Source of the DNA: Desulfobacterales bacterium
GTDB lineage: Bacteria > Desulfobacterota > Desulfobacteria > Desulfobacterales > UBA5852
Direction: 5' to 3'
Length of the DNA stretch: 64,000 nucleotides
NCBI GenBank assembly: GCA_963674755.2
Contig: CAXXVS010000003.1
Coordinates: 1,664,001-1,728,000, forward strand
The position numbers and the translations under genes were made by a program. Every line of letters starts with the position of its first letter. Within the stretch, counting starts at the first letter, position 1. A model generated the notes under the pieces. That model ran no database searches. It saw nothing but the letters and a program-made list of their open reading frames with translations, and was not told the DNA's origin. This document shows, piece after piece, positions 47,039 to 56,259 of the stretch.

Positions 47039-48541
47039 TCAGGGCCTGTATGGCCCATCGTTGCGGCCTGTGTCCCGTCCCCGGAGATAGGCCACCAGGA
47101 TGCCGACCGCGGCCACCGCGGCCCCGGCCAGCATGGCCTGCCGGAAGGCGGCCATGAAGGCTGGCGCCAGGGCGGGGGTGTATCGCTTCAGATCGTGTCC
47201 GCCGTTGAGGTGCCGGAAGGTGTTGTTGAAAATCAGGCCGGCCGCCGCCACGCCGATGACCATGCCCAGGTTGCGTGCCGTGGCCACGCTGCCCGAGGCG
47301 ATCCCGCGGTGCTGCGGCGGGACGGCGCTCATGGCGGCGGCGCTGTTGGGGGAGATAAAAACGGCAATCCCGATGCCGGCCAGGGCGAGCCGCCAGGCCA
47401 TATCCAGGGTGGTCGCCTGGGCCGAGAGGCGGGAGAGCAGGAAGAGGGCTACGGCCATCAGGGCCATGCCCGCGGTGCAGAGCAGCCGGGATCCCATCCG
47501 GTCCGAGAGCGCACCGGCGATGGGGGCGCAAAAGAACAGCAAGACAAAGGGAATCATCATGGTGAGGCCCACATGGTTCATGGAAAAGGCCAGGGGATGA
47601 ACCATGTAGAACGGCATGAGGAAGGTGATGAAAAACAGGCTGATAAACACCACCACGGCCGCCACGACCGAGAAGACAAAGAGTCTGATCCTGAGAAGGG
47701 AGGGCGTGAAAATGGGGTGGGCGCTGTGGGTTTCCACCCATGCTAAAGCGGCCGCGCTCGACAGGAAAAGGAACACAGCCAGGCCTATCTTGATCGAGGT
47801 CGCCCCCCATTGATGGAAGTGGCTCAGGCCCGTGATAAAAGCGCTGAAGCAGATCACCAGCAGCAGGGCCCCGGTCCAGTCCAGGGGAGCATGGTGCCGG
47901 GTGACCGGCTTGCGGGGGAGAATCCGCAGGGCCGCGATGGTGACCACGATGCCGATGGGCACATTGATGTAGAAGATAACCCGCCAAGGGAAATGCTCCA
48001 GGAGCAGGCCGCCCAGAGCGGGGCCTGTTGTCAGGCCGGCCGCCACCACCATGCCGACCATGCCCAGGATGCGCCCTCTTTCGGAGAGGGGGAAGGCATC
48101 CACCACCAGGGCCTGGGAACAGGCCATCAGCATGGCCGCCCCCGCCCCCTGCAAGCTCCGCGCGGCAATGAGCCCCGTCGCACCGCCTGCCAGGCCACAC
48201 AGCAGCGAGCCCGCGGAAAAAATGATGAAGCCGCTGCAGTACACCAGCCGCCGTCCCCGGATGTCGCTGAGCCGGCCGAAGGTCAGCAGCAGCGATGAGA
48301 CGGTCAGGAGGTAGATCATGGGGACCCATTCGATCAGGGCCAGGGTTACCTGAAAGTCGTCCATGATGGCCGGCAGGGCGATATTGACGATGCTCGAGTC
48401 CAGGGTGGACATGAACACCCCGGCGGCCACCAGGGCGAAAACCAGCCATTTGGACGGGAATGCGGTCGTCGTGGGCTCATGGGGGCGATCGGTTGTATCG
48501 CAGGCGTTGGAAGTATCGTCCACTGTGCGTCCGTCCAGCAT
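47039..48541 (-). CDS. MFS drug:H+ antiporter, DHA2 (EmrB/QacA) family
   Basis: 'LDSSIVNIALP', 'GRLSDIRGRR', 'WRVIFYINVPIG', ~14 TM helices. Confidence 0.93.
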   Translation of the reverse strand: MLDGRTVDDTSNACDTTDRPHEPTTTAFPSKWLVFALVAAGVFMSTLDSSIVNIALPAIMDDFQVTLALIEWVPMIYLLTVSSLLLTFGRLSDIRGRRLVYCSGFIIFSAGSLLCGLAGGATGLIAARSLQGAGAAMLMACSQALVVDAFPLSERGRILGMVGMVVAAGLTTGPALGGLLLEHFPWRVIFYINVPIGIVVTIAALRILPRKPVTRHHAPLDWTGALLLVICFSAFITGLSHFHQWGATSIKIGLAVFLFLSSAAALAWVETHSAHPIFTPSLLRIRLFVFSVVAAVVVFISLFFITFLMPFYMVHPLAFSMNHVGLTMMIPFVLLFFCAPIAGALSDRMGSRLLCTAGMALMAVALFLLSRLSAQATTLDMAWRLALAGIGIAVFISPNSAAAMSAVPPQHRGIASGSVATARNLGMVIGVAAAGLIFNNTFRHLNGGHDLKRYTPALAPAFMAAFRQAMLAGAAVAAVGILVAYLRGRDTGRNDGPYRP

Positions 48542-48771
48542 TGAAAAGGTTCGTTCAAGTCGGAAAATGGGTTGGCGCTTGCCGCCCTTATGGTGGCCTT
48601 CCCCATAGACGACCGTGGCGGAAGGATCGCGCTGCCCTCCCCTTCTTTATTACACGCCTTCACGGTGGAATGACAAGGACGCTCTGGACCGCCGCTACTT
48701 ACCCTGCGTTTCGCGCCACAGGGCGGTCGACCGACCGCCCTGTGGGGGTGAGGCCATGAGCGGGTGCGTCA

Positions 48772-49092
48772 TCAATCTTCCATCAGATAAAACCCGGCGA
48801 TAATCAAACCGCTTACGATGATGGCGCTCACGATCATAGCGATAAAGCGATTGGGATCCATCCGAAGGCCCTGTTTAGCGTTGATCTGGGCCAAACCATA
48901 GCCTACGGCCAGAAAGACGATGATGGCGATCAAACCATGTGTGGCCCAGTGGTGTCCGGTCGCCTTCGCCATCCAGCCAAGCAGACTTTTATTGGATTCT
49001 TTCAAGACGACCAGAACAGCGCTGAAGAGGCTGGTTACCGCCAGTGACACTCCAAAAGCGATCGTATACTTGCCGATATCATTCGTTTCCAT
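48772..49092 (-). CDS. Small membrane protein with GHHW.THG motif
   Basis: Three TM helices; RBS GGGAGG. Confidence 0.7.
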   Translation of the reverse strand: METNDIGKYTIAFGVSLAVTSLFSAVLVVLKESNKSLLGWMAKATGHHWATHGLIAIIVFLAVGYGLAQINAKQGLRMDPNRFIAMIVSAIIVSGLIIAGFYLMED

Positions 49093-49108
49093 GTCGAACC
49101 TCCCTCTT

Positions 49109-49564
49109 CTATTGCTGCAGCAGGGCAACCTTTACGCCCAATCCGATGATCGCACCGGCCCCATCCATCGCCACGCCGATCAATATGATCAGACCGGTCA
49201 CCCAGAGCACCACCTTGCGGGTCGCCTTGTTCAGGTCCAGATTGTGCCACGCGGCGATCGGCAGATAAGTGGTCAATAGGAGCAGCATGATCACCACATG
49301 CTCCTTCATTTCCATGAAGAAACTGTGCGAAAACGGCCACGGTCCCGCGAGGATTCTGGCCTTGTCGGCGCCGTAGAAAACGACATACCAATAGCCCCCG
49401 ATAAGATACGCCAGCCACATGGCCAGGGGGATGAGGACGCTTAGGGTTCTGATGCGGGACCGATTGGCGTCGTTCGCGTTGAGGACGTCCACAAATAGCC
49501 AGACAGCGCCTAGGATGCACAGCATGCCGAAGATGACGTGAGTCATCAAAATGATTTCAGTCAT
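49109..49564 (-). CDS. Four-TM membrane protein with His residues
   Basis: TM1 His, 'HSFFMEMKEH'; RBS GAGGTGG. Confidence 0.72.
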   Translation of the reverse strand: MTEIILMTHVIFGMLCILGAVWLFVDVLNANDANRSRIRTLSVLIPLAMWLAYLIGGYWYVVFYGADKARILAGPWPFSHSFFMEMKEHVVIMLLLLTTYLPIAAWHNLDLNKATRKVVLWVTGLIILIGVAMDGAGAIIGLGVKVALLQQ

Positions 49565-50164
49565 GATCCACCTCTCTTGTCGGATAACCCGTCACAACGC
49601 GCCTGCTGTTCAGATGGCGTCGCGGTAAGCATCGCAAGGGCGTTGCGCCAGAGTCTTGGGTTTAAACGAGAGGGATTAAAACCGGGTAAAACAAAAAGAA
49701 GGGAAAAACATGGGGAGGCGTATTTGGAGACAGACGGGAGGACCGAAGGCCCGGTCCGCTGAATCTCTGGCCGAGATACAAAAGTTGCGGTGTGCGCAAA
49801 AGTCTCTATCAAACGGAATTGGTACGTCTTTCTATTTTATCATTTTTTTATCCCCCAAAGTTCTTCTTGATCGCGCATGCCTCAAAATGGATCTATGCGC
49901 CGTCAATTGTGCATGGAAACCATGCGATAAAAATAGCTTATGCACATTTGGACGGCTGTCAATAGACCCCCCCAAAACAGAGTCCGGCCGTGAGCATGGA
50001 ATCGAGGACGGCCGGTCACCGGCAACCTTGGAGCCCGGGGGACGCCCTGTCCGGGAAAAGAGCCTTTGACGCCTCAGAGGTACTCAAAGGCGGCGGGGAT
50101 GGTTTCCACGGCAGATGGTGCCCGTTTGGCCGAATTGCCGCCGCCGCGCTCTCAAATTGCCTCG

Positions 50165-50530
50165 TTAGACCGCCCAGCGCTTGTGCACATCTTCATAATG
50201 GGCAATTTTCCGGCGGCTGCCGATAGCGAAGGGGATCCGCTGGGGCACCGTCTGGGGGATGACTTCCAGAACGGATTGGGTGCCGGTGGCCGCTACGCCG
50301 CCAGCATGGCCAGGGGGGCGCACTCATAGAGCAGGCGCAGTTTTCCCTCGGGCCGTTGGTTATTCTGGAGATTGGGGGTAGAAATAGATGCTGCCGCGGT
50401 GCAGGATCTGGTGCAGATCGGCGGCCAGCGCCCCCGAATAGCCCAGCGTATGCCGCCCGCCGCCCTCCGTCATCAGGCCCTGCCAAAAGTTCTCGGCCGG
50501 TTTGTACCAGCCCTGATCTATACCCTCAAT
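50165..50530 (-). pseudogene. fbp: Class 1 fructose-1,6-bisphosphatase 3' remnant
   Basis: Manual translation: YSGALAADLHQILHRGSIYFYP* / RPEGKLRLLYECAPLAMLAA* / ATGTQSVLEVIPQTVPQRIPFAIGS; two stops and frameshifts. Confidence 0.85.
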
Positions 50531-50583
50531 AGGGTGTGGGCTGACGTTCAGGGCTTTATTCCCAAAATTCCGGTTCCAAACTT

Positions 50584-50734
50584 GACGGTTTCGTAAAAAG
50601 TCCGATATCGGCGTTACGCTTCATCTTTCGTCACTGCGGCGTACGCTAAGTACGCCTCATTCCTCAAGATTCGCAAGCCTTGATCTCGAACATTTTACGA
50701 AACCGTCTGAACAGTGACTTTTTACGAGTCCATC
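50584..50734. mobile_element. MITE-like non-autonomous element (151 bp)
   Basis: TIRs GACGGTTTCGTAAAAAGTC / GACTTTTTACGAGTCCATC (16/19); flanking direct repeat AAACTT (50578-50583, 50735-50740). Confidence 0.75.
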
Positions 50735-50960
50735 AAACTTCGGGGCGGCGCCCTTTTTCGGTTCCATCCACCGATCCCCATCCATGTCGGCGAGAAGCTC
50801 CGGTAGGGTATACACACTTTGCGCCTGCGGAATTGGGTGAATCCTGTATTTAATTTTCCGCCGCTTGCAGTAAAGAAAACCAGCAAGGGTAAGGGTCGCA
50901 CCGCGCCCTGCCTCACGTTCTCCGTTTGAAACCCACACGAACCGCTAAAGGGAAATTCGC

Positions 50961-51386
50961 ATGCAACTCGTCCAATTGTGGCCACTGGTACTCTTTCTGG
51001 TTTTGTCAGTGCTGGTGGTGGGCGGCATGCTGATCCTTTCGTCCGTTCTGGGACAGCGCCATTCCGGCGGGGCCGCAGCGGAAACCTACGAGTCCGGCAT
51101 CGTGTCCACCGGCAGCGCGCGCATGCGCTTCAGCGCCAAGTTTTATCTGATGGCCATGTTCTTCGTCGTTTTCGACCTGGAAGCGGTCTTCATCTATGCC
51201 TATGCGGTGGCCTTTCGGGAACTGGGCTGGTCCGGCTACGTCGAAATCGTCATTTTTATCGCGGTCCTGGGCGCGGCGCTTTTCTACCTCTGGCGCGACG
51301 GCGCACTGGAGTGGGGGCCCCAGGGCAGCCGGGTAAAGCATTGCCCCGGCCTTGGCACAGGGAATTCCAAAACCATCGAACCTTAA
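50961..51386 (+). CDS. nuoA: NADH-quinone oxidoreductase subunit A
   Basis: 'YESGI', 'KFYLMAMFFVVFDLE', 'GALEW'. Confidence 0.95.
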   Translation: MQLVQLWPLVLFLVLSVLVVGGMLILSSVLGQRHSGGAAAETYESGIVSTGSARMRFSAKFYLMAMFFVVFDLEAVFIYAYAVAFRELGWSGYVEIVIFIAVLGAALFYLWRDGALEWGPQGSRVKHCPGLGTGNSKTIEP

Positions 51387-51405
51387 CACCAGCGACGGTC
51401 GAACC

Positions 51406-51843
51406 ATGAAAAATGCAGGCGACATCTTAAGGGAAAAAGGGGCCGAGACGTATACCACCGATCCGGCCAGCACGGTTTTTCACGCGCTGGAACTGATGGC
51501 CGCCAAGGACATTGGCGCCCTGCTGGTCTTCGACGGCGGCCGGATGGTGGGGCTGATTTCCGAGCGGGACTATGCCCGCAAGGTCATCCTGAAACATAAA
51601 TTCTCCAAGGACACGCCTGTGGCGGACATCATGACCAAGGATGTGATCACCGTAACGCCGGCCACGGACCTGGAAATCTGTATGGAACTCATCACCCATC
51701 ACCGCGTACGCCACCTGCCCGTGGTGGAGGAGGGCGAAGTGGTGGGCATCGTTTCCATCGGCGACATCGTCAAAGGCATCATCGAACACAAAGAATTCAT
51801 TATTGCGCAGCTCGAGACCTACATCAAAGGGGGACACGGGTAG
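51406..51843 (+). CDS. CBS-pair domain protein
   Basis: 'GLISERDYARKV', 'RHLPVV...GIVSIGDIVK'. Confidence 0.92.
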   Translation: MKNAGDILREKGAETYTTDPASTVFHALELMAAKDIGALLVFDGGRMVGLISERDYARKVILKHKFSKDTPVADIMTKDVITVTPATDLEICMELITHHRVRHLPVVEEGEVVGIVSIGDIVKGIIEHKEFIIAQLETYIKGGHG

Positions 51844-51977
51844 CGCGGCCGACCCCAAGGGGGCGATCCGGCGCAGCGACGCCCGATGTGGCCGGAGGCC
51901 TCTTTTCCAGAGACGTGGTCCCTTCCCATGTTCAGAACCGGCCGCTTGTTTAGCGGTCCATAAAGGGTAGCAGACGT

Positions 51978-52622
51978 ATGCGATGGTGGGTAACTAAAGC
52001 CGGTACGGCCACGGAAGACGATGCCGCGCAAGAGATGGTCCGACGTCATCTGGTGTTCGGCAAGCTGCAGGACCTTCTGGGATGGGGGCGCAAGTACTCC
52101 CTCTGGCCCTTCAACTTCGGTTTGTCCTGCTGCTATGTGGAGATGGCCACCAGCCTGACCAGCCGCTACGACATCGCCCGTTTCGGCGCCGAGGTGATTC
52201 GGGGAACGCCGCGGGAAGCGGATGTGATGATTATTGCCGGCACCCCCTTTGTCAAATGCGCCCCGTTGATCCGCAGGCTCTATGAACAGATGATGGAGCC
52301 GCGCTGGGTGATTTCCATGGGATCATGCGCCAACTCCGGCGGCATGTACGACATTTACAGCGTTGTCCAGGGCGTGGACAAGATCCTGCCCGTGGACGTC
52401 TATGTGCCCGGATGCCCGCCCAGCCCGGGGGCTTTCATGGAAGGCTTGCTCCTGCTGCAGGAAGCCGTCCAAAAGGACCGCCGCCCGGTGAGTTGGGTGG
52501 TGGGACCTCAGGAGACCGTCCGGGCGCCGCGGCCGTCCCTGCGCGACCTCAAACGCGAGGCCCGCCGGCAAACGACCAGCCTGCGCTCGCCCGACAGGCT
52601 GGAGGAGGGGGAAGATGGCTGA
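51978..52622 (+). CDS. nuoB: NADH-quinone oxidoreductase subunit B
   Basis: 'GLSCCYVEM', 'MGSCANSGG', 'PGCPP'. Confidence 0.96.
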   Translation: MRWWVTKAGTATEDDAAQEMVRRHLVFGKLQDLLGWGRKYSLWPFNFGLSCCYVEMATSLTSRYDIARFGAEVIRGTPREADVMIIAGTPFVKCAPLIRRLYEQMMEPRWVISMGSCANSGGMYDIYSVVQGVDKILPVDVYVPGCPPSPGAFMEGLLLLQEAVQKDRRPVSWVVGPQETVRAPRPSLRDLKREARRQTTSLRSPDRLEEGEDG

Positions 52623-54363
52623 GCCCCACGATATCGTCGCGCAACTGCAGCAGCAATTTCCCCAATCCGGTGCCCAGCTTCAGGAGACCCGGGACGCGAT
52701 ACCGACCCTCTGGGTGAAAGCTGAAGACCTGCGTCCGACCCTGCAGTTTCTCAAGACCGGCCTGGACGATCCCTATAACATGCTCTTCGACCTGACGGCC
52801 GTGGACGAGCGGCTGCGCCGTCACCGGGAAAATCAGCCGGACAGCGATTTTACCGTCGTCTATCACCTGCTGTCGCTGAACCGCAATGCCGATGTCCGCC
52901 TCAAGGTGGCCCTGGCGGGGGAGCACCCGTCGCTCACTAGTATTACCGACCTGTGGCCCGCGGCCAACTGGTACGAACGGGAGGTTTGGGACATGTTCGG
53001 GGTGGTTTTCGACGGGCATCCCCATCTGCGGCGGATCCTGCTGCCGCCTACCTGGGAAGGCCACCCCCTGCGCAAGGAATTCCCGGCCCGGGCCACCGAA
53101 GCCGGCCCGTTCGTGCTGAGCGCCGAACGGCAGGATGCCGAACAGGAGGCCTTGCGCTTTCGCCCGGAGGAATGGGGCATGGCGACGACCGGGGCCGATA
53201 CCGATCTGATGTTCCTTAATTTTGGCCCCCAGCATCCTTCGGCCCACGGCGTCTTCCGTATTCTGCTGCAGCTCGACGGCGAAGAAATCGTCGATGCCGT
53301 ACCCGAGATCGGGTATCACCATCGCGGCGCCGAAAAGATGGCCGAACGGCAGACCTGGCACACTTTTATCCCCTATACCGACCGCATCGACTACCTGGGC
53401 GGGGTCATGAACAACCTGCCTTACGTGCTGGCGGTGGAGAAATTGGCCGGCATCCGGGTGCCGGAGCGGGTCGAAGTCATCCGGGTCATGCTGGTGGAGT
53501 TCTTCCGCATTGCCAGCCACCTGGTCTGGTACGGCACCTTCGCCCAGGATATCGGGATGATGTCCCCGGTGTTCTATATGTTCAACGATCGGGAACGGAT
53601 CTTCGACATTATCGCGGCCATCACCGGCGGCCGCATGCATCCGGCCTGGTTCCGCATCGGCGGGTTGGCCCATGATCTGCCCCGGGGGTGGGATACCATG
53701 GTGCGGGATTTTCTCGATTCCATGCCTCCCCACCTGAAAGAGTACGACGAACTGGTCATGCAAAACCGCATGATCAAGGCCCGTACCCAGGGGGTGGGGG
53801 CCTATTCCCTGGCGGAGGCCGTGGAGTGGGGGGTCACCGGTCCGGGGCTGCGGGCCTGCGGACTGGAATGGGACCTGCGCAAGAAAAGACCCTACAGCGG
53901 CTACGAGCGCTTCGCGTTCGACATCCCCACCGGCCGTTGCGGCGACTGCTACGACCGCGCCGTGGTACGGATCGAAGAGATCCGCCAGAGTCTGCGGATT
54001 ATCCGCCAATGTCTGGACAACATGCCGGAGGGCTCATACAAGGCCGACCATCCCTTGGCGGTGCCGCCGCGCAGGGCACGCACGCTCGAAGATATCGAGA
54101 CCCTGATCACCCATTTTCTGGCGGTCGGCTGGGGACCGGTGATGCCCCCCGGCGAAGCCATGGTCACCGTCGAAGCCACCAAGGGCTGGAACGCCTATTA
54201 TCTGACCAGCGACGGCGGCACCCAGTCCTACCGGACCCGCATCCGCACGCCGTCCTTTGCGCACCTGCAGATGATTCCGCAGTTCTGCCGTGGGATCCTG
54301 ATCGCCGACCTGGTGGCGATCCTGGGCAGCATCGACTATGTCATGGCGGATGTGGACCGTTAA
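52615..54363 (+). CDS. nuoCD: NADH-quinone oxidoreductase fused subunit C/D
   Basis: '[10 protein letters not shown]...GHPLRK' followed by 'GPQHPSAHG', 'GYHHRGAEK', C-terminal 'ADVDR'. Confidence 0.96.
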   Translation: MAEPHDIVAQLQQQFPQSGAQLQETRDAIPTLWVKAEDLRPTLQFLKTGLDDPYNMLFDLTAVDERLRRHRENQPDSDFTVVYHLLSLNRNADVRLKVALAGEHPSLTSITDLWPAANWYEREVWDMFGVVFDGHPHLRRILLPPTWEGHPLRKEFPARATEAGPFVLSAERQDAEQEALRFRPEEWGMATTGADTDLMFLNFGPQHPSAHGVFRILLQLDGEEIVDAVPEIGYHHRGAEKMAERQTWHTFIPYTDRIDYLGGVMNNLPYVLAVEKLAGIRVPERVEVIRVMLVEFFRIASHLVWYGTFAQDIGMMSPVFYMFNDRERIFDIIAAITGGRMHPAWFRIGGLAHDLPRGWDTMVRDFLDSMPPHLKEYDELVMQNRMIKARTQGVGAYSLAEAVEWGVTGPGLRACGLEWDLRKKRPYSGYERFAFDIPTGRCGDCYDRAVVRIEEIRQSLRIIRQCLDNMPEGSYKADHPLAVPPRRARTLEDIETLITHFLAVGWGPVMPPGEAMVTVEATKGWNAYYLTSDGGTQSYRTRIRTPSFAHLQMIPQFCRGILIADLVAILGSIDYVMADVDR

Positions 54364-54504
54364 CCGGCCGGGGCTAAACGGCCCAACCGGCCGAAATGTG
54401 GCGTTGCCGCCCCTTTCGCCCAGTTGGCGATCCACGGCCGGTCAAACCTGGCACCAGGTTTCGGAAATGATGGACCGAACCGACAACGCAGGAAGAACAA
54501 CCGC

Positions 54505-54969
54505 ATGCTGACAGCCGAGGAAATCGAAGAAATCAAAGCCGAATACCCCCGCTACGAACAGCGGCAGGCGGTCTCGGTGGAGGCCCTGAAAGTCGTCCAG
54601 CGCCACCGCGGGTGGGTGTCCGATGAGGCCCTGGCGGATGTGGCCTGCCTGCTGGAGATGGACGTGGCCGAACTGGACGCCGTGGCCACCTTCTACAACC
54701 TGATTTACCGCAAGCCGGTGGGCCGGCACGTGATTCTGGTCTGCAACAGCGTGAGCTGCTGGGTCATGGGCGGGGAGACGATCCGCGAATGTCTCGAAGC
54801 GCGTCTGGGCATCAGGCTGGGCGAAACCACCCCGGACGGCCGGTTTACCCTGCTGCCGGTGGTCTGCCTGGGGGCCTGTCATCAGGCCCCGGCCATGATG
54901 ATCGACGACGATCTTCATCACCATCTGGATCCGGCGAAAATCGACGCGATCCTGGAAACGTATCAATAG
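54505..54969 (+). CDS. nuoE: NADH-quinone oxidoreductase subunit E
   Basis: 'VATFY', 2Fe-2S ligands 'CNSVSC...CLGAC'. Confidence 0.95.
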   Translation: MLTAEEIEEIKAEYPRYEQRQAVSVEALKVVQRHRGWVSDEALADVACLLEMDVAELDAVATFYNLIYRKPVGRHVILVCNSVSCWVMGGETIRECLEARLGIRLGETTPDGRFTLLPVVCLGACHQAPAMMIDDDLHHHLDPAKIDAILETYQ

Positions 54970-54984
54970 AGGCCCTAAACCGGT

Positions 54985-56256
54985 ATGGAAACGCCCCTGA
55001 CCGAACACATTCACCCGGACAAGCCCCCCCTGGATATCGACGCCTATCGTAAAGTCGGCGGCTACGCGGCCCTGGACCAGGCGCTGCGCATGGCCCCCGA
55101 GGATATCATCCGCCAGGTGGAGGAGGCCCACCTGCGCGGCCGCGGCGGAGCCGGTTTTCCCACGGGCCGCAAGTGGAGTTTCATCCCCAAGGGCCCCGAC
55201 GCCGTCCACCCCAAATACATCGTGGTCAACGCGGACGAGATGGAGCCGGCCACCTTCAAGGACCGGGTCTTGCTGGAGGGCAACCCCCACCAGCTCATCG
55301 AAGGCATCGTCATAGCGGCCTGCGCCGTGCAGGCGGACATCGGCTACGTGTTTCTGCGGCAGGCCTACCGGCGCGCGGAAAGACGCCTGCGGCGGGCCCT
55401 GGCCGAGGCCTACCACGAGGGCTGGCTGGGGCGCGACATCCAAGGCAGCGGATTCAGTTTCGACCTTCACCTGCATGTGAGTGCCGGGCGCTATATCTGC
55501 GGCGAGGAAACCGCGCTGATCAGCGCGCTGGAAGGCCGGCGCCCGGTGCCGCGCGCCAAACCGCCCTTTCCCCCGGTGGCGGGCCTGTGGGGCAAACCCA
55601 CCGTGGTCAACAATGTGGAAACCCTTTGCAACGTCCCGCACATTCTGCGCAAAGGCCCCGAGTGGTTCCGCGGCCTGAGCCGCTGCGGGGACGGCGGCAC
55701 CAAGATCTACGGCGCCAGCGGCCGGGTGCAGCGCCCGGGGGCCTGGGAGCTGCCCATGGGGACCCCCATGCGTGAGATTTTCGAAGACCGGGCCGGCGGT
55801 ATGGCCGAAGGCTATCGTTTCCGGGGGGTCATTCCCGGGGGCGGCTCCACCGATTTTCTGGTCGAAGCGCATCTGGATACTCCCATGGATTTCGATTCGA
55901 TCCAGAAGGCCGGCAGCCGTATGGGCACCGGCTGCATCCTGGTGCTCGACGACCGAACCTGCCCGGTGGGCATGGTGCTCAACCTGATGCGGTTTTTCGC
56001 TCAGGAATCCTGCGGCTGGTGCACCCCCTGCCGGGAAGGCCTGCCCTGGATCGTGCGCCTTCTGGAGGCCATCGAATGCGGCCAGGGGATTGCCGCGGAC
56101 CTGGAGCAGCTGCGCCGCCACGCGGAACTCCTGGCGCCGGGGCATACCTTTTGTGCCCTGGCACCGGGGGCTGTCGAGCCGCTCAGCAGCGCCCTGCACT
56201 ACTTCGAAGCGGATTTCGAGCGCCACATCCGCCAACACCGCTGTCCGTGGAGCTGA
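54985..56256 (+). CDS. nuoF: NADH-quinone oxidoreductase subunit F
   Basis: 'GRGGAGFPTG', 'YICGEETAL', 'SCGWCTPCREG'. Confidence 0.97.
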   Translation: METPLTEHIHPDKPPLDIDAYRKVGGYAALDQALRMAPEDIIRQVEEAHLRGRGGAGFPTGRKWSFIPKGPDAVHPKYIVVNADEMEPATFKDRVLLEGNPHQLIEGIVIAACAVQADIGYVFLRQAYRRAERRLRRALAEAYHEGWLGRDIQGSGFSFDLHLHVSAGRYICGEETALISALEGRRPVPRAKPPFPPVAGLWGKPTVVNNVETLCNVPHILRKGPEWFRGLSRCGDGGTKIYGASGRVQRPGAWELPMGTPMREIFEDRAGGMAEGYRFRGVIPGGGSTDFLVEAHLDTPMDFDSIQKAGSRMGTGCILVLDDRTCPVGMVLNLMRFFAQESCGWCTPCREGLPWIVRLLEAIECGQGIAADLEQLRRHAELLAPGHTFCALAPGAVEPLSSALHYFEADFERHIRQHRCPWS

Positions 56257-56259
56257 TCT

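Noticed and set aside
46977..48449. 490-aa alternative-frame ORF overlapping the MFS gene, and 61434-63104 overlapping nuoL
   Set aside because: Low-complexity Arg/Pro/Gly-rich translations typical of off-frame GC-rich sequence.
49625..49652. Sigma54-like TGGCGC...TTGC on the minus strand upstream of the membrane-protein pair
   Set aside because: GG-to-GC spacing is 12 rather than the required 10.
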